Shown: piece after piece, positions 36,994 to 56,080 of the stretch
Layout of the letters: each line of letters starts with the position of its first letter
Position numbering within the stretch: the stretch's first letter is position 1
Origin: Eledone cirrhosa
Lineage: Eukaryota
DNA: 64,000 nucleotides
Direction: 5' to 3'
Assembly: GCA_964016885.1 (NCBI GenBank)
Contig: OZ024743.1
Location: 26,598,001 to 26,662,000 of the forward strand
Position numbers and translations under genes: made by a program
Notes under the pieces: model-generated
What the model was told of the DNA's origin: nothing
Seen by the model: only the letters and a program-made list of their open reading frames with translations
Databases searched by the model: none

Positions 36994-37720
36994 GTAAGAC
37001 TTCTAGGCTAGCTATTGAATAGCTATCTGTTTCAAGGTGATGTACAAGACACCCAATGTTGAATGTAAATATTGTTCTCATCTATGATGCAGTTGCATCA
37101 GCACCCTTCTTGGGATAGTATTAATAGCAAGGTTGACAAGCTTTAGAGAAGTTGTCACATTTCCCCAGTCTGAAGAGTCCTTTGTCTCGAGTCGATAACC
37201 AACACTGTAGCCTTCAATGTCTCACCATACGTACTTTTAGTATCACACTACTTCCCACTCTTGCCTCAAGTGGGAAAACTCCCGTCCAAACCCATGCAAG
37301 CGTGGAACATGGACGTTAAACGATGATGATGATGATGATGATGATGGATTCTTTTGTCTTACGGTATATAATGATTCCTTTTTTTCAAACCTTTAGTCCA
37401 GCTGTAAAAATAATATATGTTGGCAAGTCTTATAATGTTTACAGTATCTCAAACAAGTGGACAGATTGTTGTAAAAATTTGCTGTAAACTAAACACTTTA
37501 ATTAAAATGTATTGCAGTTACTGCTGTTTTGTACTTTTCAAGAATGTCTTACAAATGCAGTCTCAAGTAATTTAGTAAATCAAGAGAGAACAGTCGTGAC
37601 TGATCTGTTTCAAAACTTATTGGATTTCTCATGATATTTTAAATAAAATGCACTGTATTTCATTTACTTAATGAAGAATTTGTAGGAATTTACTAAAATT
37701 ATAAATTATATTATTATTAA

Positions 37721-39737
37721 GAGGGTATTTACTAACTTGCCTTCCTCGTCCCCCAAGGTCATCCTCAAACTTGACCTCAGGAATGCTTTTAACTCCATCA
37801 GCCGCAACATCGTCCTTGGCTCAGTAAGAGAGAGGGTCCCACAAGTCTACCACTTTGCTTGGCAGGCTTATCGGGAGCCCTCTACCTCTCTTTTGGTGAC
37901 CAAATCATCACCTCTGCCTCAGGAGTCCAACAGGGTGACCCACTCGGGCCCGCTCTGTTTACACTGGGCATTGATGACGTCACCAAAATGGGGGTTGAGT
38001 TGGACCTCAATGTCTGGTACCTTGACGAAGCCTGTTTGGGGGGGAACTCCGGATATGGTTCTCGCCACTGCCAACAAGATAGTTGAGGAGCTTGTCCGCC
38101 GGGGTCTCCAGTTCAATAGCTCCAAATGTGAGCTCTGGATCCTCAACCACAGCTAATTAACCTGTTTACAGAGTCCTTCCCTTCCATCGCAGTCCCTCCC
38201 CCGTTGGCTTGGTGCTCCTTAGGAGCCCCAATCACAGACCTTGCCTTCGAGTCAATCTTCCAATCGAAGATGGTTGGCCTTGAGCAGTTGCTGAAGAATA
38301 TTGAGGTTATCGAAGCCCATCAAGGTTTCTTCATACTCGGGAACTAGTAGCTTCTGTATCTGCTCAGGGTCAGCCCTCTCACAGATTTCCGTCCTGCCTC
38401 CAACGCTTTGACCTAATCTTCGAGAGACTCGAGTGCCTGATCAATGTTAGACTCTCTCCAGAGTCCCACAATCAGGTTGCGTTGCCCAAGCGATTTGGGG
38501 GTCTTGGTCTTCATAAGTGTTCGTCCCTCTCTTTCTCTCCTGCTTCTTTTCCTCCACTCTGGTGAGCAGCATGCTCTCCAACATGGACTAGTTCCAACAG
38601 GGAGTTGGGTGAAATTCTCCAGCAATGGAATGAGTTGGGCTTGTCGCCTCCTGAGAAGATGGAGGATAGTTGAAGTCAGAGAACTTGGGACAGCATAAGT
38701 TCGAAGGCCACCTTCAACTCCGTCTTCGTCCAGTCAGATCAGTTTGCAAGGTACCGCTTACTATCTGCCAGTGCCAAATACTCAGGCAACTGGTTTGATG
38801 CCCTACCCGTGGCCAACTATGGTGGCCTACTCAGCCTGGATGAACTTTGTGTCTCCATCTGTCTCAGAATGGGAGCTGACGTCTGCATCGGTTTAAGGTG
38901 CCGATGCGGCAAACTCCTCGACTCCACGGTCTTTCTTGCCACCTGAATGCCGGTCGCTTCACGCGTCACACAGAGCTAAACCTGATTCTCAAGAGAGCTT
39001 TGGCCCGGGTGAACATCCCCTCAATCTTACAACCATCTGGGTTGTCCAGAAGTGACGGCAAAAGACCCGACGGCCTTACCCTGTGCCCCTTGTCGAGAGG
39101 CAGGAGCCTTGTCTGGGACGTCACTGTTAGTGACTCTTTTGCTTCTTCCCACATCCTGGATGCTGCGGTTAGGACGAGAGCCACAGCTACCACAGCCGAG
39201 CGGAGTAAGACCCTCAAATACTCTGATCTGTCGGCCAGCTACATTTTTCAGCCTGTGGCCTTCGAGACGTTTGGGGGAGTCGGGCCGCTGACTGCGAGGA
39301 TCCTCTCTTCACTGGCAGCTCGCCTAATAGAGGTAACTGGCGAATCTCGCGAGGGCGCTTGGCTGTTCCAGCATATTAGCCTTGCCATCACCCGAGGTAA
39401 CGCTGCGAGTGTGCTGGCTTGCCTCAAAAGTCATTAGAGAGGTCACCCAGTACCCCTCGCTGCTGTCTTTTGCTCTGGTGGTGGCTCGGTTGTTCACCCC
39501 TTCCTTTATATTTTCTTTACTGTTTTAAACGAAGATTTGTTTGTTTGTTTTAGTACTGTTTGGTATTCCTTCTTAAGTTTCCACACAGTTTTTTTCCCTC
39601 TCTTCTTTTATTTAAACATTGCCTTTCTCCCTTCCCCTCAACCTTTTCCTTACTTTCGTTATTTAATTTTTTTCCCCTTTTCTTTTTGTTATTGCAAACA
39701 TTATATAACTGAATTGAAATTTGTCGAATAAATAAAA
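37721..39737 (+). mobile_element. 5'-truncated CRE-clade non-LTR retrotransposon (RT plus restriction-like endonuclease), frameshifted
   Basis: KLDLRNAFNSISR, GVQQGDPLGPALF, WYLDE(A), HGLSC...RH..LN, DGKRPDGLT...WDVT; GC-rich island; T-rich 3' UTR ending AATAAATAAAA. Confidence 0.88.
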
Positions 39738-40323
39738 GTACTTAAAATTTATGAAAGATACTGGCTATGATTTTCAAATAAATTTGAATATAATCAAGAA
39801 ATTGGAGGGATTTAGTAATATAACTAACTTTTTCGTTATTAAGCTGGTGTTTCTACATAAAGATTATGATGAAAAGTTTTTAGATAAACAAATTGGCTTT
39901 ATATCATAAAACCAGGCTCAGTTTGATATCAAAAGGGATAACAAAATGATTCTTATATAAAATTATGTTGGAAGATTTTAGTTTATATAGGAACCATTAA
40001 GATGGGTGATTTTGTTTCATAGAACCAGAGCTGGTTTGAGCAAGTTAATATCAAAACCTTTAGCATTTAAACTGGCCGTATCTGACCAGAATTATCTCAT
40101 CTCTTTCTGTTTGAACTGGCCACTCATACTTATGTTAAGGTATTGTTCTCAAAATAAATAATATCAAAATCTCATAGATTCAATATTATGTGAGATAAAG
40201 CATTTTCTGTGAAAATATTATAGCATGTATAGAGTAATGTAAATGCTAAAGAATTAAAATGTTTATAAATCTTTTCTACACTGAGTACACGGTAGACTGA
40301 TTATCACTGTTACTATTTCACAG

Positions 40324-40423
40324 GAAGACCGTCCATCCAGCTGTGCTAGTCAACCACCAACAGTAATTTCATTGCATCAATCAATAATTGACCGAGGAGG
40401 TGATGGAGTCTTTCATATCAGAG
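40324..40423 (+). CDS. BLTP3B: BLTP3 exon 16 (EDRPSSCASQPP...RGGDGVFHIR)
   Basis: tcacag acceptor, gtaaat donor, 100 nt, phase 0/1; R..DG.F.I motif. Confidence 0.88.
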
Positions 40424-41277
40424 GTAAATATTTCTGTTTCTGAAAGGTTTTTGGGAGGGGTATCCAATCTTACAATGTTATAATTGTGTTTAATGTTCCA
40501 ATTCTAGGCAAGAGTTATTTATTTAGTTTTTGTTTATTATTTAATGTTGATATAGATTCATGAAGGGTTCAAAAATATATGGCATTTTGACAATGGAAAT
40601 AATTCAATGGAGAAAGTGTTGCTGTAAAAACAATCAAGACATTTAAGGGAATGTTTCACTACTACACAGTGCAGATATCAATAAAAAAGTTAACTGCACT
40701 GTTACATCAATGTTTTAAGCAGTAGTGAAACAGTGCAGTTATCAACCATAATACAACTGGGGTCTCTGTCTTTAAAACACCCAAGAGACCTATGAGATGC
40801 TAAACATTTGTAGGTGTAACAATAACAGTTCTCATTGGCAGATGATCTATCCTTATATATGCTCTATGGGAGAATATCTTGTGGAGTTTTGATTACTGAT
40901 TGTAGGATGCAGTAGTTAGCTATGCAACAACTATGTTGTTAGCAGTAGCAAATAACTAGGAGACAGCCCATGTATCCATTTATCATCATCATAAAAGAAT
41001 ATCCTTATTGTCTTATATAATAAAAGGTTGTCCTGGATTTCATTAGATACTCTGCAACACTTCCAGTATCTTGTAAGCATCTTTTTTGATGACTCTGTTG
41101 CTAATTAACTGGGATATCCAGAATTAAATCAAACTGGCGGCTGTAGAATGTATCCAAGTAAATTCTAAACTAGATTATAATTCCCTTTGATAATTTTTAT
41201 TTAATATTTATTAATAAAGTAACTACTGGAGAAAATATTTAAATCTCATACAATGTAATGTTTGCTTTGATTGACAG

Positions 41278-41783
41278 GTGCTAGAGGAGGTGAATATCAC
41301 AAAAAAATCTCAAAATCGCTGATTATCAAAGATTTACCTGATGTTGACCAAAACACAGTGGAAGCAGCTTTATGTGATTCTGTTAGTACTTCTAGTCGAA
41401 TAATTGAACAGTTGTATAATCAAAATGAAAACCTACAGTCTATTAATAGAAATCAAGCTAATACTTTAGAGAATTATGAAAAACTTATGGCAGAAGTTGC
41501 CAGTTTGAGGGATGAAAATCAGAAACTTAAGCAATCTTTAGATGAAAAGGCTTCTCAGACCCAAGATTCTAACCAGAATTTCTCCTTGGAACATATAGAC
41601 TCATTAGAAACTGAAAATCTGAAGTTGTTACAAAGGATTACGTACTTAGATGAAGAAATACACACCTCTGTGAAAGAAAAGGACTCTCTATTAGCAACAA
41701 TGCACCTACTTCAAGAAGAATTGCTTTCATCGGAGCAACAACGCACCAGTTTTCAGCATCTACCAAGTCCTAATCAGTCATAA
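41278..41783 (+). CDS. BLTP3B: BLTP3 terminal coding exon (C-terminal coiled coil)
   Basis: tgacag acceptor, phase 1, TAA at 41781-41783; heptad-like L/E/Q/K-rich sequence. Confidence 0.9.
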
Positions 41784-44577
41784 TCTATTTAAATCATCCC
41801 TTATAAGACTTTTTGAAAGTTTCACTGATTGTTGCCTCTAATTTTAGTGGTTATTGGATATTGTTTAATTTACCTCTACAGTAAGATTTCTGGCAGAATG
41901 CAACAGAAAATCTATAAAATGGTTCCTAATCAAGTTTCTATAATCTACCCTATATTTCTTCAATTTTATCACAGTCTGATTTGTACTCCACTTTATAATG
42001 CAATAAGAATAGTGTAGAAATAATTAGGAATAAATTATGAGTTGAATAAGGTAATTATATTAATGTTTAACCAGTTCTACTTAAAGTATTCTGATGAAGT
42101 TGTAGTGAACAATATATATATTTCAAAATGAAATGTAGTAATTACAATTTGTGTCACCTAAATTTCATTTTAATTTTTCTCAGAAGGAATTGGACATTTT
42201 ACTGCATTTATTAGGGTTTTATGATTATTGGATCAGAAATTTCAAAATATCACACTTCTATTTTAGTTTCACTATTGGTTGTATATAAGTGATGCTATCT
42301 GGTTGTAGTTTTAAAATGGTTTATTGTATATAGGTGTTTGTGTACACTTTTGTGTATACACATTGCTATGTAATATATATATTTGGTTGTAAATAGTTGT
42401 CTTGTGTGTGCGTATTTATGTGTATGTATTATATATATATATATGATAAGAAGTTTGTAAATACCGTAATATAATTGAAAAATGTATAATGAATTTAGGA
42501 AAATTCATTATACATATGAAGGGGTGAACATTGTGGACGAGGTTCAAACCTTACATCAGCTATTATGTTGTGACCATGAGCAAATCACATAACTCTGCCT
42601 GTTCAGACTGAGAAAAGCAGGTTCTATCCTACTTCGTGGCTGAGTGCTTAATGGTAAAATGGGCAATTCCTCTAAAAAAAAAAGAAATCTTGCATATAAC
42701 TGTATAGAAAACTGAATGCAACACACCATATTATATTAATATAGATATGTATGATATTATGTAATGACAAAATAAATATATCAAGCATGTGTTCAAAATC
42801 AAGCAGAACAACATCTCACAAGATGGTAAGGAAATTCCTCAAGAATTATTTTAAGCTGGACAAACTGCCATGTGACTGCAAAACTTCTGGATATATCTAC
42901 CTTTATAGAGAAATCCACTACTGTGTTGGATTTAGACATAAGCTAATGAAGCTACAGCTTAGGGCTTCACAGCCTGCAGGGCCTTGAAATAATTAAAAGG
43001 CATATATGTTTTCAATTTTTGTGAGACCTTCTGATGTAATTTTTTTAACAAGGAGCCTCAACAAGTTTTAATTTGGCACTGACTGCATACCAACAAGGGG
43101 TCAGAGTATTGGAAAATGATACATATTCAATGTGTTGCCTCTCTTTGGTCCATCATCTCACATTTCAAATGCTAGGCTTTTGCAGTTAAAAAAATAAATT
43201 AAAAATATTTTATGCAGCCCAGTTGGAACTAGAAATATTGACTTTACAATATTTCCAAGCATGTCTTAACACACATAGACTTACATATGTAAGAATTTGT
43301 GTGGAGTGAGGGGGGGGGGGGTGTAGTAGATTGTTTCCAAGGCTTTCTATGCCATAACTCAGTATTATTTTGACTGAATCAGTTAACAAAATAGGATTAC
43401 TTATCAAGGTTTCCTAGTGTATTTTGTATGTCAAACACAATTGCTTTACTCAAACCCTCTGATTACACTGTCAATGATTTTATTTGCATTACAGTGTCTT
43501 CAGAAGAACTGATTAGTATTGTGTGTGTTATGTGGAGTTATTTGGTGTAGTGTGGTATGTTGATAGGTATCCTAGCTCAACTCTGCTCAAGCAAACTTAT
43601 GGCAGCTGATTAAATGCATGAGAACAGAGTGGTATGTGATATAAAATTGCATTTAGTGTAATGTTTGTGTTTTTTTTAATGTATTGATGTAATTATCTAT
43701 ACCAGGGTCCAATATTATACAGGCACATACTAACTCCTAGAAACTTTAAATGTGATTCTCTAAGGTTGCACTAAAATTCACTGGGTATTTTCTGACTTTT
43801 ATTGTCCAAGACAGGACCCACTGTTAAAATTAGTCATTAGAAATGACTGAAAATTAGAAATTTTTGACAAAATTTAGCAGTCAGTGTTTAATAGGTCACT
43901 TCTGTAATCACCCAGTCTCTACTCAGCTTAAAAAGGATTTCACTAAAGGCTTTACTATCCATTCTGTTTTATCATTGAGGTGGGTTGATGGTATAGAGCC
44001 AGATCAAATGCTTTATAGTAGTTTAATGTGTCACAGTTTTGAGTTCAAAATCCATCAAGTTTGATGTTATTTCTTTTCTTTAGTGGGTATTGATAAAACA
44101 TGTTCCATGATGATAGTGGGGTGAAAACAGTTGACTATATCTTCTTTACCCTCTCTATCACAACATGGACATGGTAGTTTTGATCTTTTAAAAAATTTTA
44201 TTTGGAAATTGGTGAATGGTAATTTGTCTTTTACTTGTGATATAGTAATAGAAAAAAAAATCAGTACACACTTACACATAACTGAGTATATAATATATAA
44301 AATGCCTGTCACTTGGTTGTTTCAAATTTCATGACATTCTTTAACCAAAAGAAGCTAGTTTTGTTATGAAGCTTAGACACTTCTGTTAGAAATAACTTCA
44401 CCCTTCTAGTGTTGTAACCCAGAAGTTTACTAAGCTGAACAAGCTGTTGTCCAAATTTATGACCCATCCTGTCACCTGCCTGTATGTATATGAACACTGT
44501 ACACACAGCTGTCTCATCACACATTGCCAAAATATTGCAAATGAAGAAGTTTTAGTGCAGTTTACAAAGAAGGTTTC

Positions 44578-44583
44578 AATAAA
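44578..44583 (+). promoter_or_regulatory. Candidate polyadenylation signal ending a ~2.8-kb 3' UTR
   Basis: AATAAA followed by a T/GT-rich tract; 41784-44600 lacks recognisable interspersed repeats, which resume at ~44820. Confidence 0.45.
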
Positions 44584-45849
44584 TATTTTTAAAAGTTATA
44601 AACTAAAGTCTTGCTTTTATTCCATTTTATGTGTCGCAGAAAGGAATGTATATATGTAGCAATAACTTTTCTGAACTCTTTGGTTTCTGCTAAATCAAGC
44701 TAATGTAAGAAGTTATTGAGTAGAAGCTGAGTAGAAGTGATTTAGCTTTGAATATCATGGTGAACATTTTGATGTATTCTAGCCTTAATGATGTGGCATG
44801 AGGTCTTCTTTTATAATGATTGTCAATGGGTTTGCATCTGAAAAATTCCTCTCCAAGGTATGAGCCTGGGCAAAGTGCTTTGTGGAAGATCAGCAGTCAC
44901 CTATGCATGCCATAGGCTGATTCAACTTGGAACTAGTGATGTCACAATTCCTCTTTTCTATCTGAGTGAATTGGAGCAACTTGAAATAAAGTGTCTTGCT
45001 GAAGGGCATAATACTCTGCTTGGTTCAGGAAATGGATTCCTGACTTTATAATCATGAACCCAACACTCTAACCTCTAGACCACATGCCTTCAATTGTCCT
45101 CAAAAGAAACAGAGTTACTGACAAAGGAAGTTACTTTATTTTTTTCCATATCCAGTATTGTTTTAGATTATACTTCAGAATCTTTTACATATCTGTCCAT
45201 CTATGCAGTGTAATTAAGGAAGTTGCCTGATGAATTGGAGAAACATATTCAGCTCAGTTAACTGCTGGTCTTGGGTCATAGAAATAGCAATCAAGTATTC
45301 CTTAAATCACTTCCATGGATCATAATGAACAGATGATGGCCAAATGGTTAAGAAGTTTACTTCGCAATCATTAGATCCTGGACTCAATCCCATTGCATAG
45401 TAGTTGACCTATGTTTTGCGAGTGAAATCAGGTAGATGAAAACTATTTAGAAGCCAATCAGATTGATTATATCTATAATTCAAAAAACCAGCCTTGCACA
45501 CTGTATCATGCTGAACTTTTTGAAAATTACATTGAGGGTACACATGTCAGTGGAATGTTCATGTTAATTTCACAACCTGTCTGTTCTGTTGCTCAAACAA
45601 CTGGAACACTCATTGTCAAAACCAATGGAGGCTCATTATATTCCATTCTCAAGCTTCATAGATGCACAGTAATTAGGAAAAAGATGGTATAATCAGTTGG
45701 GATGCATTTGATTATAGGTCTGTTCTGTCAGGTGTGACCTAAAGCAAAATCTCAACTGATGGTCCAGATAAGAAACATAATTACATTATTACTTGTGTGT
45801 TCATATTTCTATAATGTTATCAAACTTTAACAAGGGTAAATGGTAACAA

Positions 45850-46167
45850 TATACATGCATGGTCCCATAACTCCTGAGGGAATCTTAAGGACAGCGTTTC
45901 TGGTGCATGTTTAAACTGAGCAGAGACCATTGCTCTACAAGTCTAAATACAGCAGATTTCTTCCAGAAAAGGATAGAGTGAGGGAATGGAAGTAAAAAAG
46001 AGATATAGAGGAAGAATCAACCTCAGTACTTGACTGGGTCTTTTTTTATTGACCTCAAATGGATGAAATGAGAAGTTGATTTTGGTGTAATTTGAACTCA
46101 GAGAGCCAAAACAAATACCACAAAGTATTCTATCTGATGTTCTAACCACTCTGCCAACTCACCACCT
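45850..46167 (-). mobile_element. Older SINE with extended tail; inverted homolog of 21730-22057
   Basis: Shared tatccttttctggaagaaatctgctgtattt and gggaccatgcat. Confidence 0.7.
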
Positions 46168-46239
46168 TATAATGGTAGCAATAACAAAGAACAATTTACA
46201 TTTTCTGAAAATCTACAGCACAATGCTGGATGCATGTCT

Positions 46240-46430
46240 GTGGCAGTACTGTATACTATGGTTTGTATGGGACAGAACTACTGTATAGTATGGTATATAT
46301 GGGACGGTACTATAGACTATATTATATATGATACAGTAGTACTATAGATTATACAATATATGATACAGTAGTACTATATATGAGACAGTAGTACTATAGA
46401 CTATACTGTAGACTATGGTATTTATGGAAT
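46240..46430. repeat. Degenerate ~31-bp tandem repeat (gtactatagactata...gatacagta)
   Basis: Direct reading. Confidence 0.65.
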
Positions 46431-48001
46431 ATTTCTATCTTTGATAATGTTCCATACAATAGTGAGTTGTATTAGATATTCTAGGAAAATAAATTTGATA
46501 TTTCACTATTTTGATTTCAATTCAAAATAGCTGCAAGTCAGTCATCCTGCTATGGATAAGAGGTATTCTACAATGTAATAATAGAGGGAAGTTGACAGTA
46601 GCTGTAGTTAACAGTCAACAAAACAATATTAAAATATTTGTGGGTTCATAGTGAAATGTAATTGTTCTTGCTGTTGTTTTTAGATTATGAGTGAGCAGAC
46701 CTATGATTAAAGCATCCCAGCCACAACCATCCTCTCTTCTATTTTTATATCTATAACTATCATATAAGTTCTTTTCAATTTTTGAACAAGATTTAGCTGC
46801 TATTTCTAACAACAGAGTTTTTTCAGTAGGTTCCATACATGTGTTCATGCTGGGGCACTGCCTTGAAGAGATTTAATCAATTATATCAACTCCAGTAATT
46901 ATTTTATAAAATCTAGTACTTATTTTATCAATGTCTTTTTCTTGAACCACCAAAGTATATCTATCTATCTATATATATATATGACAGGCTTCTGTATAGT
47001 TTCTGTTTACCAAATTTCACTCTCAAAACATTGATCAACTGGTGAAAAGAAAATATTATCTGTGGCAAATTTGTAAATATGCTTCATGATAATGTATGCT
47101 GATGGGAGTTAAGGAAGCAATGAGTGAACTGTGGTCATTGCTCTTACTAGGGCTCTATGTGAACATTTATGTAAGTGAACTTCTATTATGACAAAGATTT
47201 AAGTGTAGAGCTATCTAGTTCCTTTGCTGACCAATAATATGTATGTGTTACCGTCATTGGATTTCATTTTGCACCAGTCATTCACATATAAACAAATTAT
47301 AGTTTCAAGACCTCAGAGATATTGTCTTGCTATATTCTCAGTTATCTGCCTTTTTTTCTCCAGACCTTGGAGATCTCCATTGAATACTTGGTAGACTGTT
47401 AATGTCTCTAGTTGGAAAACAATATGGCCAAATCATAGGAGTCAGTACTTCTGGATGACTTATTTAGGTTTCCCTCTCTCAAGATTAATCCTGCTGTAGA
47501 TGGATATGTATTTGATCTATTTATTACTTAGAAGTAGGTTAACTCTTAAGATCCTCTCAAAATTTAGCAGAAAATATCTAAAAACAGGTTTATTAATTCA
47601 AATGTTTATAAGAGAACAGATCTTTGTGAAAACTTACAGTAATCTAAAGAAAAGGCTTTGTTTAATGAGATACAGTCATTACTGTTTCGTACTTTTTAAG
47701 CATGTCTTGCCAATACAGTTTCATGTGGTATAGGACATTAATAGTTAAATTTAACAGAAAATTATTTATTAATCAAATCAAATGAGTATTTTTAATTAAG
47801 TTAGTAATAAAATTAACAAAAAATGTGATTTCAGGGATATAGCAAAAGTTCTCAACACCCACAAGTAAAGGCATTTTTGGCACACGCATCTTAATTAACA
47901 GGCATTAGAGGCTATAACAGTGGTTTTCAAATTCATAAATATCTGCCCCTGCTCCACCAAATATTTATTAATGTAAAGACAAAATAGTGTTATATAACAT
48001 T

Positions 48002-48208
48002 CAGTATCGGTAGAGAGTTGGACACTATGCTTTGCATCATAGAGTTACGGTCCTTTACGGTCTGAGTTCAGATCCCGGCTAGGTTAACTTTGTCTTTTAT
48101 CCTTACGGGGTCGATAAAATAAAGCACCAATAATATACTGGGATCAATTTAATCGACTTTCCCCTCCCCGCCAAATTACTGGCCTTGTGCCTATACTAGA
48201 AATCATTA
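48002..48208 (+). mobile_element. tRNA-derived SINE, same family as 31880-32098
   Basis: Sequence similarity. Confidence 0.85.
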
Positions 48209-48519
48209 TGTTAGCCTTTGGTTGTCCTAAGTTTTGTCAGTGTAATTGAGTTGACTGAAACCATGTGACATCCTGTAGGATGGATTGTACCTTAATTCTA
48301 AGACCCAGCCTTGTCACATATTATGTCACACTGATTCTACCTGAGAATTATGTTAAGGGTACATGTGATCATGGAGTAGTCAATCACTTATATGTTAATT
48401 CATGAGTTGAAAGTTTAGTTAAATGAATGACAATGTTCATTATGGAAACAGGCAGAGGATCCATCATAAAATTATAATGGAATTATGGATATAAAAAAAA
48501 CACATCTTAATTTTATTAA

Positions 48520-48735
48520 CCCTTTAGCATTTGAACTAGTCATATCCGTCAGGAATTCTCTCACCTCTTTCTGTTCAAGTCGGCTTTAACTGGCCACTCA
48601 TACCAACACTAAGATATTGTTCTCAAAATAAATAATATCAAAATCTCAGATATATTACGTGAGATAATAATGTGAGATAAAGCCTTTACTGTAAAAATAT
48701 AATAGTAAATATAGAGTAATGTAAATGCTAAAGGG
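48520..48735. mobile_element. piggyBac-like MITE
   Basis: TTAA|CCCTTTAGCATTT ... AAATGCTAAAGGG|TTAG; related copies at ~40056-40257 and ~49201-49400. Confidence 0.8.
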
Positions 48736-49702
48736 TTAGATATTACAATTTACCCACTTCTGTTTTCATCCTCAAACCTCCATTCATTACAGTTTAGTTG
48801 TCTCTGTATAGAAATAGTAAGCTATAGGAAATTTTGCACTCCTTCACACCTGCATTTGGAGTGACTGCCTCCTCCACTACCCCAATCTTGCTAATTTTTT
48901 CCACTAAAAATTATATTGGTTAATGATTATACAACTGAAATATTATCCAAAATAATTTTAACCCTTTCCTGACCATATTTTTTCTGACATATACTGTATG
49001 CCAATTAATGAACATTTTTGAGTTATCTTCTAGAATTACAAATTATGTCATTACTAAAAGAATATTTGTAACATAAATTATCAAATGGTTCTTATATCAA
49101 ATAAGGTTGAAAGGTTTTAATTTATATAGAAACTCTCTGAAATGTGTAGTTCTGTTTCATAGCAGCAGATGTGGTTATGGCTAGGTTAGTATGAAAACCT
49201 TTAACCCTTAAGCATTTACATTACTCTATATTTACTATTATATTTTCACAGTAAAGGCTTTACCTCACATAATATTGAATCTACGAGATTTTGATTTTAT
49301 TTATTTTGAGAATAATACCTTAACATCAGTATGAGCAGCTAGGTATGGCCAGTTTGAAGAGAAAGAGGTGAGAGAATTGTGGCTGGTTACAGTTGGTTAA
49401 ACAAGAAGATAAAGTAAATTAGTTATAAAAGTTGCTAAAACATGTAAAATATGAATTAAACATCATCTAATATTTTACGTCTAGAATGTAATAACTTCAA
49501 CAACATTTCATGTAGTAAGCTTAATTTATTGACAGATCAATCATGGAAAAGAAAAAAAAGGATTAAAAAATGGGTAAAAAGAAAGGAAGTAATTTTGCAG
49601 CGAAGTCTTATAATAACTAAGAATAGCTGGAACAGTTCCCTTCCAAACAGTTAAAGAAACCATCAATAAACGATTGGGGTTCTCTGGTAATACAGCAAGC
49701 AG

Positions 49703-54537
<4,835 letters not shown>

Positions 54538-54580
54538 ACAATATTAAATAAATGGAAAACTATATTTATAAAACCATATT

Positions 54581-54646
54581 TATTTCATTATATATATTTC
54601 GGGGATATCATATTAACAATATGCTATGCCTTCATCAGACAAAATA
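54581..54646 (-). ncRNA. Type I hammerhead copy, inverted
   Basis: Reverse complement of 55141-55206. Confidence 0.58.
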
Positions 54647-55140
54647 CAATATAAACAGCTTTATAGATAAATATATTCGAAAATATTTTAAATTTTTCTC
54701 TCTCTATATCTCTCTATATCTCTCTATATCTCCCTTACATTAATACTTGAGCTAAATAAATAAATAAATAAATAAATGCATCATTGATACACTTACTCAA
54801 AATGACCTCCCACTACCTAATTTTTCTATATCTATATTTATATATGTATCTATCTCTATTTCCTCTCTCTCTATATATATATATATATCTCTTTCGGTCT
54901 CTTTACATGAAGCTCTTCGCTTTATCTATTTTTCCATCTCTCTATTTTGTCCCATGCATTTCTTCTTTTTCTTCTTTTTCTTCCTTTTCTTCGTTTCGTC
55001 TTTCTTCCTTTCTTATTTCCCTCTTTTCTCTCTCTCTTTCTTTCTCTCTGTATTTTCACTGCTAGAGTGAACCTCTTCAAATGAAGTTGATGTTTATTAC
55101 GGTATGTCGAATATATTTATCTATAAAGCTGTTTATATTG

Positions 55141-55206
55141 TATTTTGTCTGATGAAGGCATAGCATATTGTTAATATGATATCCCCGAAATATATATAAT
55201 GAAATA
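55141..55206 (+). ncRNA. Type I hammerhead copy (CTGATGA core; A-C mismatch at the base of stem II)
   Basis: Homolog of 59034-59099. Confidence 0.58.
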
Positions 55207-55337
55207 AATATGGTTTTATAAATGTAGTTTTCCATTTATTTAATATTGTAAATATACTCCAAGTATTTGTCGAGTGCTTTTATATCAGTTATAAATATTT
55301 ACTAGTTGTAACCCAACAATTTTAAATATAACTTTAC

Positions 55338-55833
<496 letters not shown>

Positions 55834-55963
55834 GGAAAGTTATATTTAAATTGTTGGGTTAACAACGAGTAAATATTTATAACTGATATAAAAGCACTCA
55901 ACAAGTATTTGGAGTATATTTATGATATTAAATAAATGGAAACTATATTTATAAAACCATATT

Positions 55964-56029
55964 TATTTCGTTATATATATTTCAGGGATATCATATTAAC
56001 AATATGTTATGCCTTCTTCAGACAAAATA
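55964..56029 (-). ncRNA. Type I hammerhead in inverted Penelope pLTR
   Basis: Reverse complement of 59034-59099, with a G-C pair replacing a G-U in stem I. Confidence 0.68.
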
Positions 56030-56080
56030 CAATATAAACAGTCTTATAAATAAATAGATACGACATACCTTTCAATCACC

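Larger units (their letters stand above)
11301..41783 (+). other. BLTP3B: Spliced gene span (5'-incomplete): bridge-like lipid transfer protein family member 3 (UHRF1BP1/UHRF1BP1L/SHIP164 ortholog), 17 coding exons, 4245 nt = 1414 aa + stop
   Basis: Exons joined by hand with GT-AG sites and consistent phases. Peptides match the human BLTP3A sequence as I recall it (IQWTKLKT.PICL, DLR.TR, LLDDLLWVLT..QLKA, SYHL..SR.DLH.CDD, GGAMQ, DYYPF, EFTEYY.P, H.QYL..LRL). A vs B assignment cannot be made for an invertebrate gene. The first ~70 aa were not found in 1-11300. Confidence 0.93.
54538..55335 (+). mobile_element. Short non-coding Penelope-like copy: inverted terminal segment plus 3' end
   Basis: 54538-54680 is reverse-complementary to 55107-55249; the interior resembles 58690-58980. 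Confidence 0.8.

Noticed and set aside
45227-45255. CTGATGA...GAAAC hammerhead-like motif (similar hits at ~18019 and ~42091)
   Set aside because: No stem II or stem I can form; consistent with chance.
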